A DNA stretch of 64,000 nucleotides. It comes from Takakia lepidozioides (Eukaryota; Plantae; Bryophyta). The position numbers and the translations under genes were made by a program. Below the pieces are notes generated by a model. The model worked only from the letters and a program-made list of their open reading frames with translations. It was not told the DNA's origin and did not search any database. The first letter of the stretch is position 1. Every line of letters starts with the position of its first letter. This document shows, in pieces, positions 63,413 to 64,000 of the stretch. The DNA lies in the NCBI GenBank assembly GCA_030704615.1, contig CM060731.1:18166001-18230000 (forward strand), read 5' to 3'.

Positions 63413-64000
63413 AATTTAACTACATTTGTAACTAATAATCCTTATTAAGACGGTTATTAGTCAAGCCTGGAACCATCATTGATGTAGGCTAGTGTTAAAC
63501 TGCTATAAGTTGTGTTACCATCAGTAGCTCAGTTGGTTAAGGGGTGAGCCAGGTGTTTCCCTTTTTTTTCTTTTCTTTTTAAAAGTTGTGTTTCGAAATT
63601 TTGTTTTTCCTTTTTTTAGTGAAAGGAGGAAGACCTTCCAATTGAACTGAAGAAAACCAAGAAATCTGTGCTCCACAGCATTGGGCTCAAGAAAGTAAAA
63701 GGCTCATTAGTGAATGAGGTTCTGAAATTAAGGCGAGATCCTCAAATTAGGGCGGGAAGTCAGACAAGGTAGAAGTGGGTCCGTGCGAGACAGAGAGAGA
63801 GAGAGAAACAGACGGGGAAGAGGGAGAGGACGAGGGAGAGGGTGGAGGGGGCCATGGTCGCTGATCGATCCGAGAGCAAGGCCGTCGATCATCTTGTGGG
63901 GGCTGGGAGAATGGGAGGGCGCAACACGGATGGGCGAGCAGCAGGGGGAGCAGGCGATGGCGTTCGAGCACAGAGCAGTACAGCGGAGCAGCAGATAAGG

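Overview
Gene-dense nuclear DNA from a land plant. A non-seed plant is inferred from the protein divergence and the CRE/RTE-X-like retroelement relics. Nine spliced housekeeping genes can be built by hand: mitochondrial inner-membrane peptidase IMP2 (partial), ribosomal protein S16, EndoU ribonuclease, glutathione synthetase GSH2, peroxisomal Lon protease LON2, mitochondrial ribosomal protein L4, ornithine acetyltransferase ArgJ, Mediator MED20 and a nodulin-like MFS transporter. A tenth gene is a TruB pseudouridine synthase with a very long N-terminal extension. There is also a GDSL lipase pseudogene broken by an inversion and a BiP/HSP70 fragment. Most interesting: (1) a poly(A)-less LINE family seen three times, with a conserved 3' hairpin, a stop codon at the very end, 10-13 bp TSDs and repeated use of one TCT(C/T)T site; (2) one intact copy of it is in frame with a LON2 exon; (3) a TTAA-flanked piggyBac-type MITE; (4) a perfect 60-bp palindrome in the LON2/RPL4 bidirectional promoter; (5) two U12-type and two GC-AG introns; (6) several restriction-like-endonuclease (CRE-type) LINE relics. 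All homology calls come from remembered motifs, not database searches.
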